Shown piece after piece: positions 41,974 through 52,471 of a DNA stretch of 64,000 nucleotides. The position numbers were made by a program, and so were the translations under genes. The first letter of the stretch is position 1, and the number at the start of each line of letters is the position of its first letter. The notes beneath the pieces are model-generated. The model was not told where the DNA came from. It saw nothing but the letters and a program-made list of their open reading frames with translations, and ran no database searches. The stretch is from an uncultured Lentisphaerales bacterium (GTDB lineage Bacteria; Verrucomicrobiota; Lentisphaeria; JABSQK01; UBA12247). The stretch spans positions 128,001 through 192,000 of the forward strand of contig CALSSJ010000011.1 of the NCBI GenBank assembly GCA_943788985.1. Direction: 5' to 3'.

Positions 41974-41979
41974 ACTACA

Positions 41980-43644
41980 ATGGATCCAGAAAACGAAGCG
42001 ACACAAGAGATTGCGGGGCCTCATGCTGGCGGCCGGCTGACGGGTGCAATTGAGGACTATCTGGCATCGATTCAGGAGCATCTGTCGGCGGCACTGGGCA
42101 GCAACGAGGCGCTGACTGGCTTCCAGCCAATGATGGAGTGGGATCTTTGTACGCGTGGACGTCTCTCTGAAGCTGACATCATTCAGGCGTATGCATCGGC
42201 TACGCCGCTGAATATCCTAGATGATGAGGAACTGGAACTTCCGGAGCGTTTTCCAGACGTGACCGTAGATTATTTGCGCGACAATCTTTGTGTGCCAGTA
42301 TCTTGGGACAACGAGAGCGTGCTGCTTGCTGTCGCTACACCGTATTCCGTGGGCGCGCTGGCCTATCAATGGCAACACATGATGGGGCGCAAAGCCCGAT
42401 TCTCATTCGCGCTGCGTAGTCATATCGAGAGAATTCTCGACTCCACCTACGCAGAGCAGGAGACTGACGGCCTGCTTGAAGCAGGCGTGGATGATATTCA
42501 GGCCCAGATCAACGAAGCCCCGATCATCCGCTTGGTGAACGACTTGTTTGCGCGCTCGCTGGAAATCGGAGCCAGTGACATTCACGTGGAGCCAGCAGAG
42601 CATGAGTTGGCCATTCGTTTCCGCGTGGATGGTGTCCTGCACACGGAGATGACACCTCCGCTTGCGAACTACCAGGCCATTGCCGGCCGGATCAAGCTCG
42701 TCGGTGGCCTCAATATCGCAGAGCGTCGTCTGCCGCAGGACGGTCGTACCGAGCATCAGGTTGGCCGGGCTAAAATTGACGTCCGTATTAGTACCTTGCC
42801 TTCTATTCATGGGGAGAGCATCGTGATGCGTATTCTGCGCAAGGATGTCAGTACCTTTTCACTTGACAATGTCGGGATGGGGAAAGAGTTGCAAGTGCGG
42901 TTTCGCAGCCTGATCGCGCTGCCGTATGGCATGATTTTGGTGGTGGGACCTACTGGTAGCGGTAAGACGACCTCTCTGTATTGCGCGTTGAACATCCTGA
43001 ACTCGGATGAGAAGAAGATTATCACTGTGGAGGACCCCGTTGAGTATCAGATTAGTGGGGTCACTCAGATGCAGGTTCGTGCTTCGATTGGCCTGACGTT
43101 TGCCGCCGGGCTGCGATCGATCGTGCGCCAGGACCCAGATATCATTCTGGTCGGCGAAATTCGTGATAAAGAAACTGCGGAGATAGCAATTCACGCTGCC
43201 CTCACCGGGCATCTCGTGCTCAGCACGCTGCATACCAATGACGCTACTGGTGCCATCAGCCGGCTTGTGGATATGGGGGTTGAACCGTTCTTAATCGCCT
43301 CCGCGCTCGTGGGGGTCGTGTCGCAGCGATTGGTTCGCAAAATCTGTGGGGCATGCGAAGGCTCAGGAAGAGCGATGGAACAGACGCCACAGGGGATGAA
43401 GGAGCGGAACTGCCGGACCTGTTCTGGAAAGGGCCTATCCGGCCGAATGGGGATTTTTGAGTTTCTGCCGATCGATGATGAGGTTCGTCGCTCTGCGATG
43501 CGTGGAGATGACAACGCCACGCTGGGTGCGATCGCGCGTAAGAACGGCATGAAGACCTTGCGTGAGGATGGCCAAGCAAAGGCAGACCAAGGGCTCACCA
43601 CCCATGCGGAGATTGCGGCAGTCTGTCAGATGGACGCTGTATGA
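41980..43644 (+). CDS. gspE: Type II secretion / pilus assembly ATPase GspE/PulE
   Basis: ASDIHVEP, ERRLPQDG, GPTGSGKTT, TVEDPVEY, RQDPDIILVGEIRD and STLHTND motifs; CxxC pairs. Confidence 0.93.
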   Translation: MDPENEATQEIAGPHAGGRLTGAIEDYLASIQEHLSAALGSNEALTGFQPMMEWDLCTRGRLSEADIIQAYASATPLNILDDEELELPERFPDVTVDYLRDNLCVPVSWDNESVLLAVATPYSVGALAYQWQHMMGRKARFSFALRSHIERILDSTYAEQETDGLLEAGVDDIQAQINEAPIIRLVNDLFARSLEIGASDIHVEPAEHELAIRFRVDGVLHTEMTPPLANYQAIAGRIKLVGGLNIAERRLPQDGRTEHQVGRAKIDVRISTLPSIHGESIVMRILRKDVSTFSLDNVGMGKELQVRFRSLIALPYGMILVVGPTGSGKTTSLYCALNILNSDEKKIITVEDPVEYQISGVTQMQVRASIGLTFAAGLRSIVRQDPDIILVGEIRDKETAEIAIHAALTGHLVLSTLHTNDATGAISRLVDMGVEPFLIASALVGVVSQRLVRKICGACEGSGRAMEQTPQGMKERNCRTCSGKGLSGRMGIFEFLPIDDEVRRSAMRGDDNATLGAIARKNGMKTLREDGQAKADQGLTTHAEIAAVCQMDAV

Positions 43645-44069
43645 CCACGCCGTGTGCCACGACCGCGCCAGCGCCGTTGGTGGTCGTCGCTGGTGCTGTG
43701 ATCGCTCAAGGACGTGTTTTAGCAACGCGGCGAGCGACAGGTACCTTGGCCGGTCTCTGGGAGTTTCCCGGCGGGAAGCTGGAACCAGGCGAATCGCCGC
43801 AGGAGTGTATTGAGCGCGAGCTGATGGAAGAGCTTGGGATCACGGTCCGAGCTGAGTCGTTCCTAGCGCGAAACGTGCATGCTTATGAGGCAGTCTCTAT
43901 CTCGCTGTCGCTCTACGTCGTGACCGTCCTCGGCGGTAGCCCGGAATTACGTGAGCATGATCAATCCCGCTGGCTGGCCGGCGACGAGCTGCACTCCCTA
44001 TGCTGGGCACCTGCTGATATTCCCTTGCTAGAGGCTGTTGGTCGGGTACTTGCCGCGCCCCCAGCCTGA
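43641..44069 (+). CDS. NUDIX hydrolase, MutT/NudG family
   Basis: WEFPGGKLEPGESPQECIERELMEELG Nudix box. Confidence 0.92.
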   Translation: MTTPCATTAPAPLVVVAGAVIAQGRVLATRRATGTLAGLWEFPGGKLEPGESPQECIERELMEELGITVRAESFLARNVHAYEAVSISLSLYVVTVLGGSPELREHDQSRWLAGDELHSLCWAPADIPLLEAVGRVLAAPPA

Positions 44070-44098
44070 CCTTTCCCCACTTACTCGGATCGACCGCC

Positions 44099-44653
44099 AT
44101 GTCCTCACGCAGTTTTTCGCTGTTCCTCGTCTTGATTGGGCTCTGCGCCATGGCGCAGGAAGCCAGCTTATATGACCACTCAGTGGAATCCATCACTGGC
44201 GAGAAAACCACGTTGGGCGAGCACAAGGGCAAGGTCTTGCTGATCGTGAACGTTGCCAGCAAGTGCGGGCTCACCAAGCAATATACGCAGCTGCAGAAGC
44301 TGCACGAGACCTACGCTGCGCGAGGGTTGGTGGTGCTGGGGTTTCCCTGCAATCAGTTTGGCAAGCAGGAACCTGGCACCCTTGCAGAGATTCAAGAATT
44401 TTGCGTGAGCAATTTTTCGGTCGCGTTCCCGCTGTACGCCAAGATCGAGGTGAATGGTGAGAACGCTCATCCGCTCTACAAGCAGCTGAAGGCAACAGGC
44501 GGGCCAGAGGCTATTCGCTGGAACTTCGAGAAGTTTCTTGTGGGGACGGACGGCGTGGTGCTTAAGCGCTTTGCCCCGCACCAGGCTCCGAATAACGCGG
44601 CCATAATTGCTGCGCTTGAAGCTGCGTTACCCATGCCCGTTGGGCAGAAGTAG
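44099..44653 (+). CDS. Glutathione peroxidase family protein (Cys type, with signal peptide)
   Basis: VNVASKCGLT, LGFPCNQFGKQEPG and WNFEKFLV motifs. Confidence 0.93.
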   Translation: MSSRSFSLFLVLIGLCAMAQEASLYDHSVESITGEKTTLGEHKGKVLLIVNVASKCGLTKQYTQLQKLHETYAARGLVVLGFPCNQFGKQEPGTLAEIQEFCVSNFSVAFPLYAKIEVNGENAHPLYKQLKATGGPEAIRWNFEKFLVGTDGVVLKRFAPHQAPNNAAIIAALEAALPMPVGQK

Positions 44654-44668
44654 AGACCCAGATTTTAG

Positions 44669-45481
44669 CTACGAGCTCTCAGGCCTTGAGACCTTGTCGA
44701 TTTGGGGCATTACGACCGTTTCGTAGCAGTCTGGACAGACGCCATGGCTGACTTCAGCCTTTGAGTGACGCTGGATATACGAATCGACGCGATGCCAGAA
44801 ATCCTTATCGTCGCGCACTTTGTGGCAGTAACTGCACATCGGGATAATGCCCTGCAACTGTTCGATTTCTTTCAGCGCCTGCTCTAGAGCTTCCACTTTC
44901 TCTTTGAGCTCGGTAGTCCGTTCCTCTACTCTGCTCTCCAGGTTTGCCACGTGCGCCCGGTTCTCAGCACCCAAATTCCATTTTGTGGTCAGTGCCAGTG
45001 CCATCTGCTGGATCGAAACAATGTCGATTGGCTTGCGCACGAACTGTAGGCGGTCGGACGTGCCTAGGCGATCCAGAATCTGCGTCCAATCATAGTCGCT
45101 ATATGCGGTGCAGATCACGACTTCAAGATCTGGAAAGTGACTCCACATCTCGCTGACCGTGACGATCCCGTCCCAGCCTGGCGGCATGCGCACGTCGATG
45201 AACGCGAGCGAAAATGGCTTGCCATCATGATGAGCCTGTTTGACCATTTCAAAGGCTTCCTGGCCCTGAAAAGCGTGCGACAGATCGTAGTGAATATTGG
45301 CTTCGATCCCGCCGTCGGCGGATTCCTCCCCCATGACTTCATCGAACAAGCTCTGGAGTTCATCTTCTTCGGGAGTATCAACAGGCGCGCTCAAGACCTT
45401 CTCGAAATCATCGTGAATCGATGGATTATCGTCCACAATCAGAATGCGATTATTCTGGGGGAGGTCGTCGCTCCTGGTCAT
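44669..45481 (-). CDS. Response regulator (receiver domain plus coiled coil and C-terminal Cys/His motif)
   Basis: ILIVDDN, IDVRMPPGWDG, CTAYSD and RKP motifs; C-terminal IPMCSYCHKVRD...SHGVCPDC. Confidence 0.9.
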   Translation of the reverse strand: MTRSDDLPQNNRILIVDDNPSIHDDFEKVLSAPVDTPEEDELQSLFDEVMGEESADGGIEANIHYDLSHAFQGQEAFEMVKQAHHDGKPFSLAFIDVRMPPGWDGIVTVSEMWSHFPDLEVVICTAYSDYDWTQILDRLGTSDRLQFVRKPIDIVSIQQMALALTTKWNLGAENRAHVANLESRVEERTTELKEKVEALEQALKEIEQLQGIIPMCSYCHKVRDDKDFWHRVDSYIQRHSKAEVSHGVCPDCYETVVMPQIDKVSRPESS

Positions 45482-47001
45482 GCGCTCTTCTCCGGTGGAA
45501 TGGCGGGGAAGACCAAGGTAAAGCTGGCACCGCAGCCTTGTCCTTCGGACTCAACAATGAGTCGTCCGCCCATCTCCGTGACCAAGTTCGCGCAGGTATG
45601 CAGGCCAAAGCCGTGGCCATCGGGCTTGGTGGTGAATCCGTGGGTAAAGATCTTTGTTAAGTTATCCGTCGAGATGCCTTCGCCATTGTCGGTAATCGAA
45701 ATGAAGACATTTTCGTCTTCCATGCCGGTATCGATCAGGACGTGGCGTTGATCGACGGGGTTTCCGCTCACTGCGTCGCGGGCATTCGCCAGGATATTCA
45801 TCAGGATCATGACCAGCTTGGCCCGCTGTGTCCGCACCGCTGGCGTCTCTCCATAGCTGCGATCAATCTGCAGGTAGGGGGCGTTTGTCGCGTGAATGCT
45901 GAGGGCATCCTCGATCACATTAGTCAGCTCGAATTCTTCAATGAAGAACTCTGCTTTAGCATACGTCTGTTGTGTGCTAATGACATCCTTGATCGCATTG
46001 ATGTTGTTCCGCAGGTTGGTGGCCTCGGATAGGACAGCCGCCCGCTCCGTGCAGACCTCCTGTGTAATCCGGTGGAGCAGTTCTGGAAACTTCTTGCCCT
46101 TTGGGTCTTCTGTCAGAAGACTGGAGACGTCTTTGCTGCGGTGCAACATCGCGTCCACCTTCATCAGCATGTGAACCTTGGACTTATTCAGGTGCTCCAG
46201 AATCACACCGCACGACACATTTACGCTATTGAGCACATTTCCGATGTCATGCAGCACGGCTGTCGCAATTTCTGCCATACCGGCGCTGTGTGCGGTCTGC
46301 AAGAGTTGCTCTCGAGCGTTGGCCAGCTTGACTTCGGTCTCATTGCGCAGCGTAATATTACGGATAAAGAAGCAAAGTTTTGCCTTTTTGCCGACGTGGA
46401 GAAGATTCACCGTAATGTCCGCAGGGAAAAACTCGGAGTCAAACTTCTTGCAGAATCCCTCGATAAATACGTGCCGCTCTTTGCGCAGATGGGCGGCAGT
46501 TGCTTGCAGCACCTCATCATCCGCGCCTTCAATCAGTTGCAGGACATTTATCGAGCAGAAGGTTTCTTCTGTGCATTCAAAGAAGTCCTTGGCCCGGCCG
46601 TTGGTCCGGATGATGCGGCCGTCACGCTCCGTGATAAGCACGGCATCGTAGACCGCCTCGAAAAATTCGACAAAAATTTCATCATCTAGCCCTGCCAGGG
46701 AGTTGATGGGTGCCGCCTTGGTGAGTTCAGTATCTTCTGTTTTCGGCACCGCCTTCCCCCCCTTCATGTGGAAGGATTGGGTGCGAGAATGGTCGTGTCT
46801 CGTGGGGGGAGAGTCTTGGCGGGTTTTGGACTTCTGCAGGTTGAGTCTGAGGGTGTCAGTCTGATCCCTGTCGTTCACAGACAGGTCCAGCGTGCTGGAA
46901 TCTACTCGCCGATCCACTGGTCTGGCTACCGGCTTGTTGCCAGAGCGATCCAGTTTCAGGCGCAGCGTGTCAGTTGTATGGCCAAAGCGCGGGTCATTCA
47001 T
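45478..47001 (-). CDS. PAS-domain sensor histidine kinase (cytoplasmic)
   Basis: PAS region, H-box LHDIGNVLN, NILANARDA, DNGEGI, FTHGFTTK and GHGFGL motifs; ATG 47001 overlaps the end of parC. Confidence 0.9.
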   Translation of the reverse strand: MNDPRFGHTTDTLRLKLDRSGNKPVARPVDRRVDSSTLDLSVNDRDQTDTLRLNLQKSKTRQDSPPTRHDHSRTQSFHMKGGKAVPKTEDTELTKAAPINSLAGLDDEIFVEFFEAVYDAVLITERDGRIIRTNGRAKDFFECTEETFCSINVLQLIEGADDEVLQATAAHLRKERHVFIEGFCKKFDSEFFPADITVNLLHVGKKAKLCFFIRNITLRNETEVKLANAREQLLQTAHSAGMAEIATAVLHDIGNVLNSVNVSCGVILEHLNKSKVHMLMKVDAMLHRSKDVSSLLTEDPKGKKFPELLHRITQEVCTERAAVLSEATNLRNNINAIKDVISTQQTYAKAEFFIEEFELTNVIEDALSIHATNAPYLQIDRSYGETPAVRTQRAKLVMILMNILANARDAVSGNPVDQRHVLIDTGMEDENVFISITDNGEGISTDNLTKIFTHGFTTKPDGHGFGLHTCANLVTEMGGRLIVESEGQGCGASFTLVFPAIPPEKSA

Positions 47002-49027
47002 TGTCTGAATTCTCTTGGTCTGGAGCAAGTTTGTCGCTGCCACGTTTGATGGTGGTCACTTTGGTGATCGGCTTTACAGCGACGCGACCGCCTCGGGCTT
47101 GTGCTCCGCGGATCGGGATGCTGTCGAATTCCACTTCCACCCAGTTCTCCTTTGTGCGCCGCGTAGCCTCCCATTCGGCGCGAACGACCACACCGTGGCG
47201 GTCGAACAGCTTCTCGATCTTACAGCCTTTCGGCACGCAGCTATACTCGCGGTCCACGATAAAGCGGTCAACGCGAAAACGTTTCGCGTAGCACATTTTG
47301 GTTTTTTTATCTCGATATACCAAGCAGTATACTTGAGCCTTGTCCACTTTTCGAATCAGGCTCACAGGCCCTACGTACAGCTTCTCCGAAAGCGGGATCA
47401 CCCTGTAAGTGCCATCGGTTTTGAAGATAAGAATCTTATCATATTCGGTGCAGAGAATCGGCTCTTCAGATTTTACAGCGGTCCCAATGAACCCGCCTTT
47501 CCGGTCGTGGCCGACCTTGATGTTTTTGAGCGCGACCTTACGTGCGTCGACTTGCTTCAACTCACCAATGGTCGTCCGGCGTGGGTAGTCAGCGGCGTAT
47601 TTTTCGTAGAGCCGGTCTAGAAATGAGATCGCAAAATCCGTCATGCTGGCCAGATGCTTGCGGATTTCGGCCATCCGGGCTTCAATCTCACGCAGCTCGG
47701 TCTGGTTCTTTTCGATGTCAAACAGCGAAATGCGGCGGATTGGGATCTTCAGCAAGTCAGCGATGTCGTCGTCGGTGATTACGCGCTGGATCTGTTTCTG
47801 GAAGGGCACAAATCCGTCATAGATTGCCGCGACGATAAGTTCCATAGAGGTACATTCTTCGATCGCCTTGTAGATCCGGTTCTCGATGAAGATCTGAGCG
47901 AGTGTCTTGAAGTGATGTAAATCCAGGAGCTTCCCGAGCTCCAGTTCCAGCTCACGTCGCAGGTCTTCAACCAGCTTGGTGGTATTATGCCTGAGCACGT
48001 CGCCTACGGTCATTCGAACCGGGCGCTCATTGTAGATCACGAGACAGTTACAGGAGATGCTGACTTCGCAATTAGTGTGTGCATAGAGCGCTGGCAGCGT
48101 GGTGTCTGCATGTATGCCACGCGGGAGCTTGATCTCGATTTCGACGTGTTCTGCTGTGTAGTCCGTGACGGACGCGATCTTCACCTTGCCCTTGAATGCG
48201 GCGTCTTGAATCGATGCCATCATGCTCTCGGTGGTGGTGGTCGGTGGCAACTGCCGCACGGCCAGAGTTTTGTCATCGACGATCTCAATATCAGCCCGGA
48301 CGCGAACCTTGCCCATGCCCTCCTCATACTCACTGACGTCCATACGGCCACCCTGCAGGAAGTCAGGCAGGATTTCGAACGGCTCGTCTCGCAGGATTGC
48401 GACCTGCGCTTGCAGCAGCTCGCCGAAGTTGTGCGATAGAATGCGGGTGGACATGCCTACCGCGATGCCCTCGCTTCCCTGCATCAGCAGCACTGGGACC
48501 TTGGCCGGGAGCGTGACCGGCTCTTTGTTCCGGCCGTCGTATGAGTCTACAAAGTGAGTGATTTCCTTGTTAAACAGCACCTCGCGAGCCAGAGGGGTAA
48601 GCCGACATTCGATGTATCGGGCAGCGGCGGCACCGTCACCCGTCAGGATATTCCCAAAGTTCCCTTGGCGGTCGATGAAGTACTCTTTGTTTGCAAGATG
48701 AACCAAAGCGTTGTAGATCGACATATCGCCATGTGGGTGATATTTCATCACATGGCCGACGATATTCGCCACCTTGTGAAACTTGCCGTCGTCTACTTCG
48801 TGCAGCGAATGCAGGATTCGGCATTGCACAGGTTTCAGGCCGTCATCGAGATGCGGGATTGCTCGGTCGCGAATCACGTAACTGGCGTACTCGAGAAAGT
48901 AGCCAGCCATCATGCCGCGCAGTGAATCCGGATCTGCTTGTTCCTTTAGCGTTTTAACCGCATCGTCGTCATCGCCATTGCCGAAAGGTAGGCTGAGCTG
49001 GGGATCATCGCCTTCATGATCCGTCAT
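46994..49027 (-). CDS. parC: DNA topoisomerase IV subunit A
   Basis: DRAIPHLDDGLKPVQ, KYHPHGD, QGNFG, AAARYIE and GIAVGMST motifs; short divergent C-terminal domain. Confidence 0.9.
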   Translation of the reverse strand: MTDHEGDDPQLSLPFGNGDDDDAVKTLKEQADPDSLRGMMAGYFLEYASYVIRDRAIPHLDDGLKPVQCRILHSLHEVDDGKFHKVANIVGHVMKYHPHGDMSIYNALVHLANKEYFIDRQGNFGNILTGDGAAAARYIECRLTPLAREVLFNKEITHFVDSYDGRNKEPVTLPAKVPVLLMQGSEGIAVGMSTRILSHNFGELLQAQVAILRDEPFEILPDFLQGGRMDVSEYEEGMGKVRVRADIEIVDDKTLAVRQLPPTTTTESMMASIQDAAFKGKVKIASVTDYTAEHVEIEIKLPRGIHADTTLPALYAHTNCEVSISCNCLVIYNERPVRMTVGDVLRHNTTKLVEDLRRELELELGKLLDLHHFKTLAQIFIENRIYKAIEECTSMELIVAAIYDGFVPFQKQIQRVITDDDIADLLKIPIRRISLFDIEKNQTELREIEARMAEIRKHLASMTDFAISFLDRLYEKYAADYPRRTTIGELKQVDARKVALKNIKVGHDRKGGFIGTAVKSEEPILCTEYDKILIFKTDGTYRVIPLSEKLYVGPVSLIRKVDKAQVYCLVYRDKKTKMCYAKRFRVDRFIVDREYSCVPKGCKIEKLFDRHGVVVRAEWEATRRTKENWVEVEFDSIPIRGAQARGGRVAVKPITKVTTIKRGSDKLAPDQENSDNE

Positions 49028-50829
49028 GCTGTCATCACCAGATTATCCAGGATATACTGCCGCCGCTCTGGGGTATTGCTGCCCATGAAGAAGCGCAGGA
49101 TGTCCGGCACTTCCTGCAGGCGGTCGATGCTGACTTTGAGCAGACGAATGTCCTCCCCGATAAACTGGCCGAATTCCTTGGGCGAGATTTCTCCCAGGCC
49201 CTTGAAGCGCGTCATCTCCGGCCCCCTTATCCGTTCCATCGCCTCGTCACGCTCAGCATCGTCGTAACAATACACGGTTTCCTTCTTGTTCCGCACGCGG
49301 TACAGCGGCGTTTCGAGGATGTAAAGATGGTCGCTGAGGATCAGCTGTTCGAAATAGTAGAGGAAGAATGTCAGCAGCAGATTGCGGATATGCATGCCGT
49401 CATCGTCCGCGTCGGTGGCAATCACAACCTTGCTGTAGCGCAGTCCGTCGATGCCATCCTCGATATTCAGCGCGCGCATGACCGAGTAAAACTCATCGTT
49501 GCTTACGATCAGGTCCCGCTTTTTGCCAAAGCAATTCAGCGGCTTGCCCTTCAACGCAAAAATTGCCTGCGTATACACATCCCGACAGCTCACCATCGAA
49601 CCGGCTGCAGACTCCCCTTCCGTGAGGAAGAGCATCGTATTGGCACCCTTCTCTGGATTGCGGTTTAGGTGGTACTTGCAGTCCTTCAGCTTGGGGATCT
49701 GCAGCGAGACCCTCTTGGCTTTCTCTTTACTGGCCTTCTTGACCGCCTGTATTTCCTTGCGAAGCTTCTCATTCTCGGTCACCTTGCCCAAAATCGCCTC
49801 GGCAATCTCTGGGTTCTGGTGCAGTGCTTTGGCAATTGCGTCTTTAATCGTGGCGACCAAGTCTGCGCGGATCTCGGTGTTGCCCAGCTTATTCTTCGTC
49901 TGGGATTCGAAGATAGGCTCGCGAAGCTTGATAGCGATTACGCCGAAGACACCGTTGCGGACATCATCCGGATGGTGGGATTTGCGAGCAAACTCATTGA
50001 TGCCTTTGAGAATCCCCTCCCGAAATGCCGACTGATGGGTGCCGCCGTCGTTCGTGTACTGCCCGTTCACAAAGGAGTAGTAATTCTCCCCGAACGAGGA
50101 TGTATGCGAGAAGGCGAATTCCAGCTGATCGCTCTTATGATGGAGAATGTCGTAGAGCGTATCACCCTCGATCTTCTCCTGCAGCAAGTCGAACAAACCG
50201 TGCCGAGAATAGATCCGCTCGCCGTTAAGCAGCAGGGCCAGGCCGCTGTTCAGGTATGCGTAGTTCCACAGGCGCTTGCGAATGTACTTCTCGTCGAACT
50301 TAAACTTAGGAAAAAGATCCAGGGCAGGGGTGAAGGACACCTTGGTGCCGTCGGGTTCGTCAGTCTTGCCCTCGTCTTCCAGTTCCAGCACGCCGTTGCG
50401 GAAGATGGCCCGCTTGAACTTTCCCTCCCGGTGCGATGTGATCTCAAACTCAGCGGACAGCGCATTTACCGCCTTGGTGCCCACTCCGTTTAACCCCACT
50501 GAAAACTGAAACACATCCGTATTGAATTTTGCCCCCGTGTTGATCTTGGAGACACAGTCCACTACCTTGCCGAGCGGAACCCCGCGGCCGAAATCACGGA
50601 TTGTCGTCGTTTGCTCTTGGACATCAAGCTCGACTTTTTTGCCGTAGCCCATGATGTACTCGTCGATACAATTGTCGACCACCTCCTTGATCAGGATGTA
50701 GATGCCGTCCTCAGCATGCGAGCCATTTCCCATTCTGCCGATGTACATACCCGGCCTGGCGCGGATGTGCTCGAGCGAGCTGAGGGTCTTGATGGAGTCG
50801 TCTGTGTATTGGTGGTCCGTTTGGGCCAT
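49024..50829 (-). CDS. parE: DNA topoisomerase IV subunit B
   Basis: EHIRARPGMYIG, EVVDN, DFGRG, GLNGVG, TEGESA, IATDADDDGMHI and TRFKGLGE motifs. Confidence 0.9.
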   Translation of the reverse strand: MAQTDHQYTDDSIKTLSSLEHIRARPGMYIGRMGNGSHAEDGIYILIKEVVDNCIDEYIMGYGKKVELDVQEQTTTIRDFGRGVPLGKVVDCVSKINTGAKFNTDVFQFSVGLNGVGTKAVNALSAEFEITSHREGKFKRAIFRNGVLELEDEGKTDEPDGTKVSFTPALDLFPKFKFDEKYIRKRLWNYAYLNSGLALLLNGERIYSRHGLFDLLQEKIEGDTLYDILHHKSDQLEFAFSHTSSFGENYYSFVNGQYTNDGGTHQSAFREGILKGINEFARKSHHPDDVRNGVFGVIAIKLREPIFESQTKNKLGNTEIRADLVATIKDAIAKALHQNPEIAEAILGKVTENEKLRKEIQAVKKASKEKAKRVSLQIPKLKDCKYHLNRNPEKGANTMLFLTEGESAAGSMVSCRDVYTQAIFALKGKPLNCFGKKRDLIVSNDEFYSVMRALNIEDGIDGLRYSKVVIATDADDDGMHIRNLLLTFFLYYFEQLILSDHLYILETPLYRVRNKKETVYCYDDAERDEAMERIRGPEMTRFKGLGEISPKEFGQFIGEDIRLLKVSIDRLQEVPDILRFFMGSNTPERRQYILDNLVMTA

Positions 50830-51005
50830 TCGCGTGTTCGTCTCCCTGTAAGGCTGATTATACTCGGATCAATCGCCCGGTTCGCACGCCGATGGCGCGC
50901 GCCACGCGGCTACAAAAACTAGCGTCGAGCGAGCTGAAATGCAATGATAATCTTGCCTGATCTGGGGATATTCTCCAGCGCGGCATCCGCAGAGGCAGGC
51001 TTTGC

Positions 51006-51479
51006 TCAGGTCTTGCGCTCATAGGTGGCGAAGCGGTATGGGTAATCCCCGTCCTCTTGCCTCGCGGATTCGCTCACGCACTCCCAAGCTGCCAGGTCCA
51101 AATCCGGAAATGCAACATCGCCCGCCACATCCGCATCCACCCAAGTCAATTCCAGCCGCGTCGCGAGCGGCAGCGCAGCCGCGTAAATAGCGCGACCGCC
51201 GATCACGTAGAGATCTTGCGCAGCTGCGAGTTTTGCGGACTCCGCAAGAGTTGTCACACAGGTCGCGCCGTCTGCCTCGTACGTCGGGTTTCGGGTCATT
51301 ACCAAATTGAGTCGCTTGGGTAGGGCGAACGGGAGGCTCTCCCAGGTCTTGCGGCCCATCACGATGGCCTGCCCCGTGGTCAACTTCCTGAAGCGCTTTA
51401 AGTCACTGGGTAGCCGCCACGGTAAGGTGTTGTCTCGGCCGATGATCCCGTTCCGGGCAATCGCTGCGATGATAATCAT
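51006..51479 (-). CDS. folA: Dihydrofolate reductase
   Basis: IGRDNTLPWRLPSDLKRF, MGRKTWES and IGGRAIY motifs. Confidence 0.95.
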   Translation of the reverse strand: MIIIAAIARNGIIGRDNTLPWRLPSDLKRFRKLTTGQAIVMGRKTWESLPFALPKRLNLVMTRNPTYEADGATCVTTLAESAKLAAAQDLYVIGGRAIYAAALPLATRLELTWVDADVAGDVAFPDLDLAAWECVSESARQEDGDYPYRFATYERKT

Positions 51480-52471
51480 GCTTCTCCTAGGGCGGCTAGC
51501 TTGCGATACAAGCGGGCACGGGAAATGCCCAGCAGCTCTGCCGTCTTCACTTTGTTACGCCCGGTCGATTCGTAGACTGCGACGACGTGGCGCAGAATTG
51601 CAGCGTCCAACGTCGCGTCGGGCTCCGTAGCCATGGTCTCGGGAATTGCGGGCTCCGTAACCTTTGCTGCTGGTGTTGGCGGGGCCTCCCAGCTGTCATC
51701 CAGCATCACGTGCTCCGGGCCGACCACGCCATCAGCGAACAGGACCACGGTCTGGATCACCCGATGTAGCTCCCGCAGGTTCCCTGGCCAATCCCAGGCT
51801 ATCAGCTTGTTGAACGCGTCTGGGTGAAGAGCGGTAATGGTCTTATCGGCCCGCTGGGCGCAGAGCTGCAGCTCCATGGCGATCAGAGCTGGTAGGTCTT
51901 CACGGCGATCTCGCAACGCCGGAATGTGCAGGGTGATGCCATTGAGGCGATGGTAAAGATCCTGGCGAAACTCTCCCTGCTGTGCCCACTCACGCAGCGG
52001 CCGATTGGTGGCAGAGAGCACGCGCACGTCGGCATAGCGCATCTCTTCTGCACCAAGCGGCTCGAACTTACCGTATTCGACCGCGCGCAGGATTTTGGCT
52101 TGCGCGGTTGGGCTCATGTCGGCGATTTCATCTAGAAACAGCGTGCCTTCGTGGGCGGCGGGAAACTTCCCGATCACCTTGCGATTGGCGCCAGTAAACG
52201 CGCCTTTCTCATGGCCAAAAAGCTGACTTTCTAAGAGCGTGTCTGTCATCGCAGAGGCATTGAACGAGACGAACGTGCTGTCGCTACGCAACGAGGACAG
52301 ATGTATGGCGTGGGCCAGCAGCGTTTTGCCAGTGCCGGTCTCGCCTTGCAGCAGCAGAGGCAGGTCACTCCGCGCAGCTTCGCGTGCCAGCTTGAGGCAG
52401 CGCTGCATGGCTGGCGTCTGCGACGTCAGCTCATCTAGGTTGAACTGCAGCGGCTGCCGGCGTGCATTCAT
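51476..52471 (-). CDS. Sigma-54-dependent transcriptional activator without N-terminal regulatory domain
   Basis: GETGTGK, ESQLFGHEKGAFTGA, LFLDEI, FRQDLYHRL and WPGNLREL motifs; Fis-type HTH. Confidence 0.92.
   Translation of the reverse strand: MNARRQPLQFNLDELTSQTPAMQRCLKLAREAARSDLPLLLQGETGTGKTLLAHAIHLSSLRSDSTFVSFNASAMTDTLLESQLFGHEKGAFTGANRKVIGKFPAAHEGTLFLDEIADMSPTAQAKILRAVEYGKFEPLGAEEMRYADVRVLSATNRPLREWAQQGEFRQDLYHRLNGITLHIPALRDRREDLPALIAMELQLCAQRADKTITALHPDAFNKLIAWDWPGNLRELHRVIQTVVLFADGVVGPEHVMLDDSWEAPPTPAAKVTEPAIPETMATEPDATLDAAILRHVVAVYESTGRNKVKTAELLGISRARLYRKLAALGEA

Noticed and set aside
44099..44653. Selenocysteine glutathione peroxidase
   Set aside because: The active-site codon is TGC (Cys), not TGA
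46994..50829. DNA gyrase gyrA/gyrB
   Set aside because: Short subunits, no GyrA box and a divergent C-terminal domain fit topoisomerase IV better
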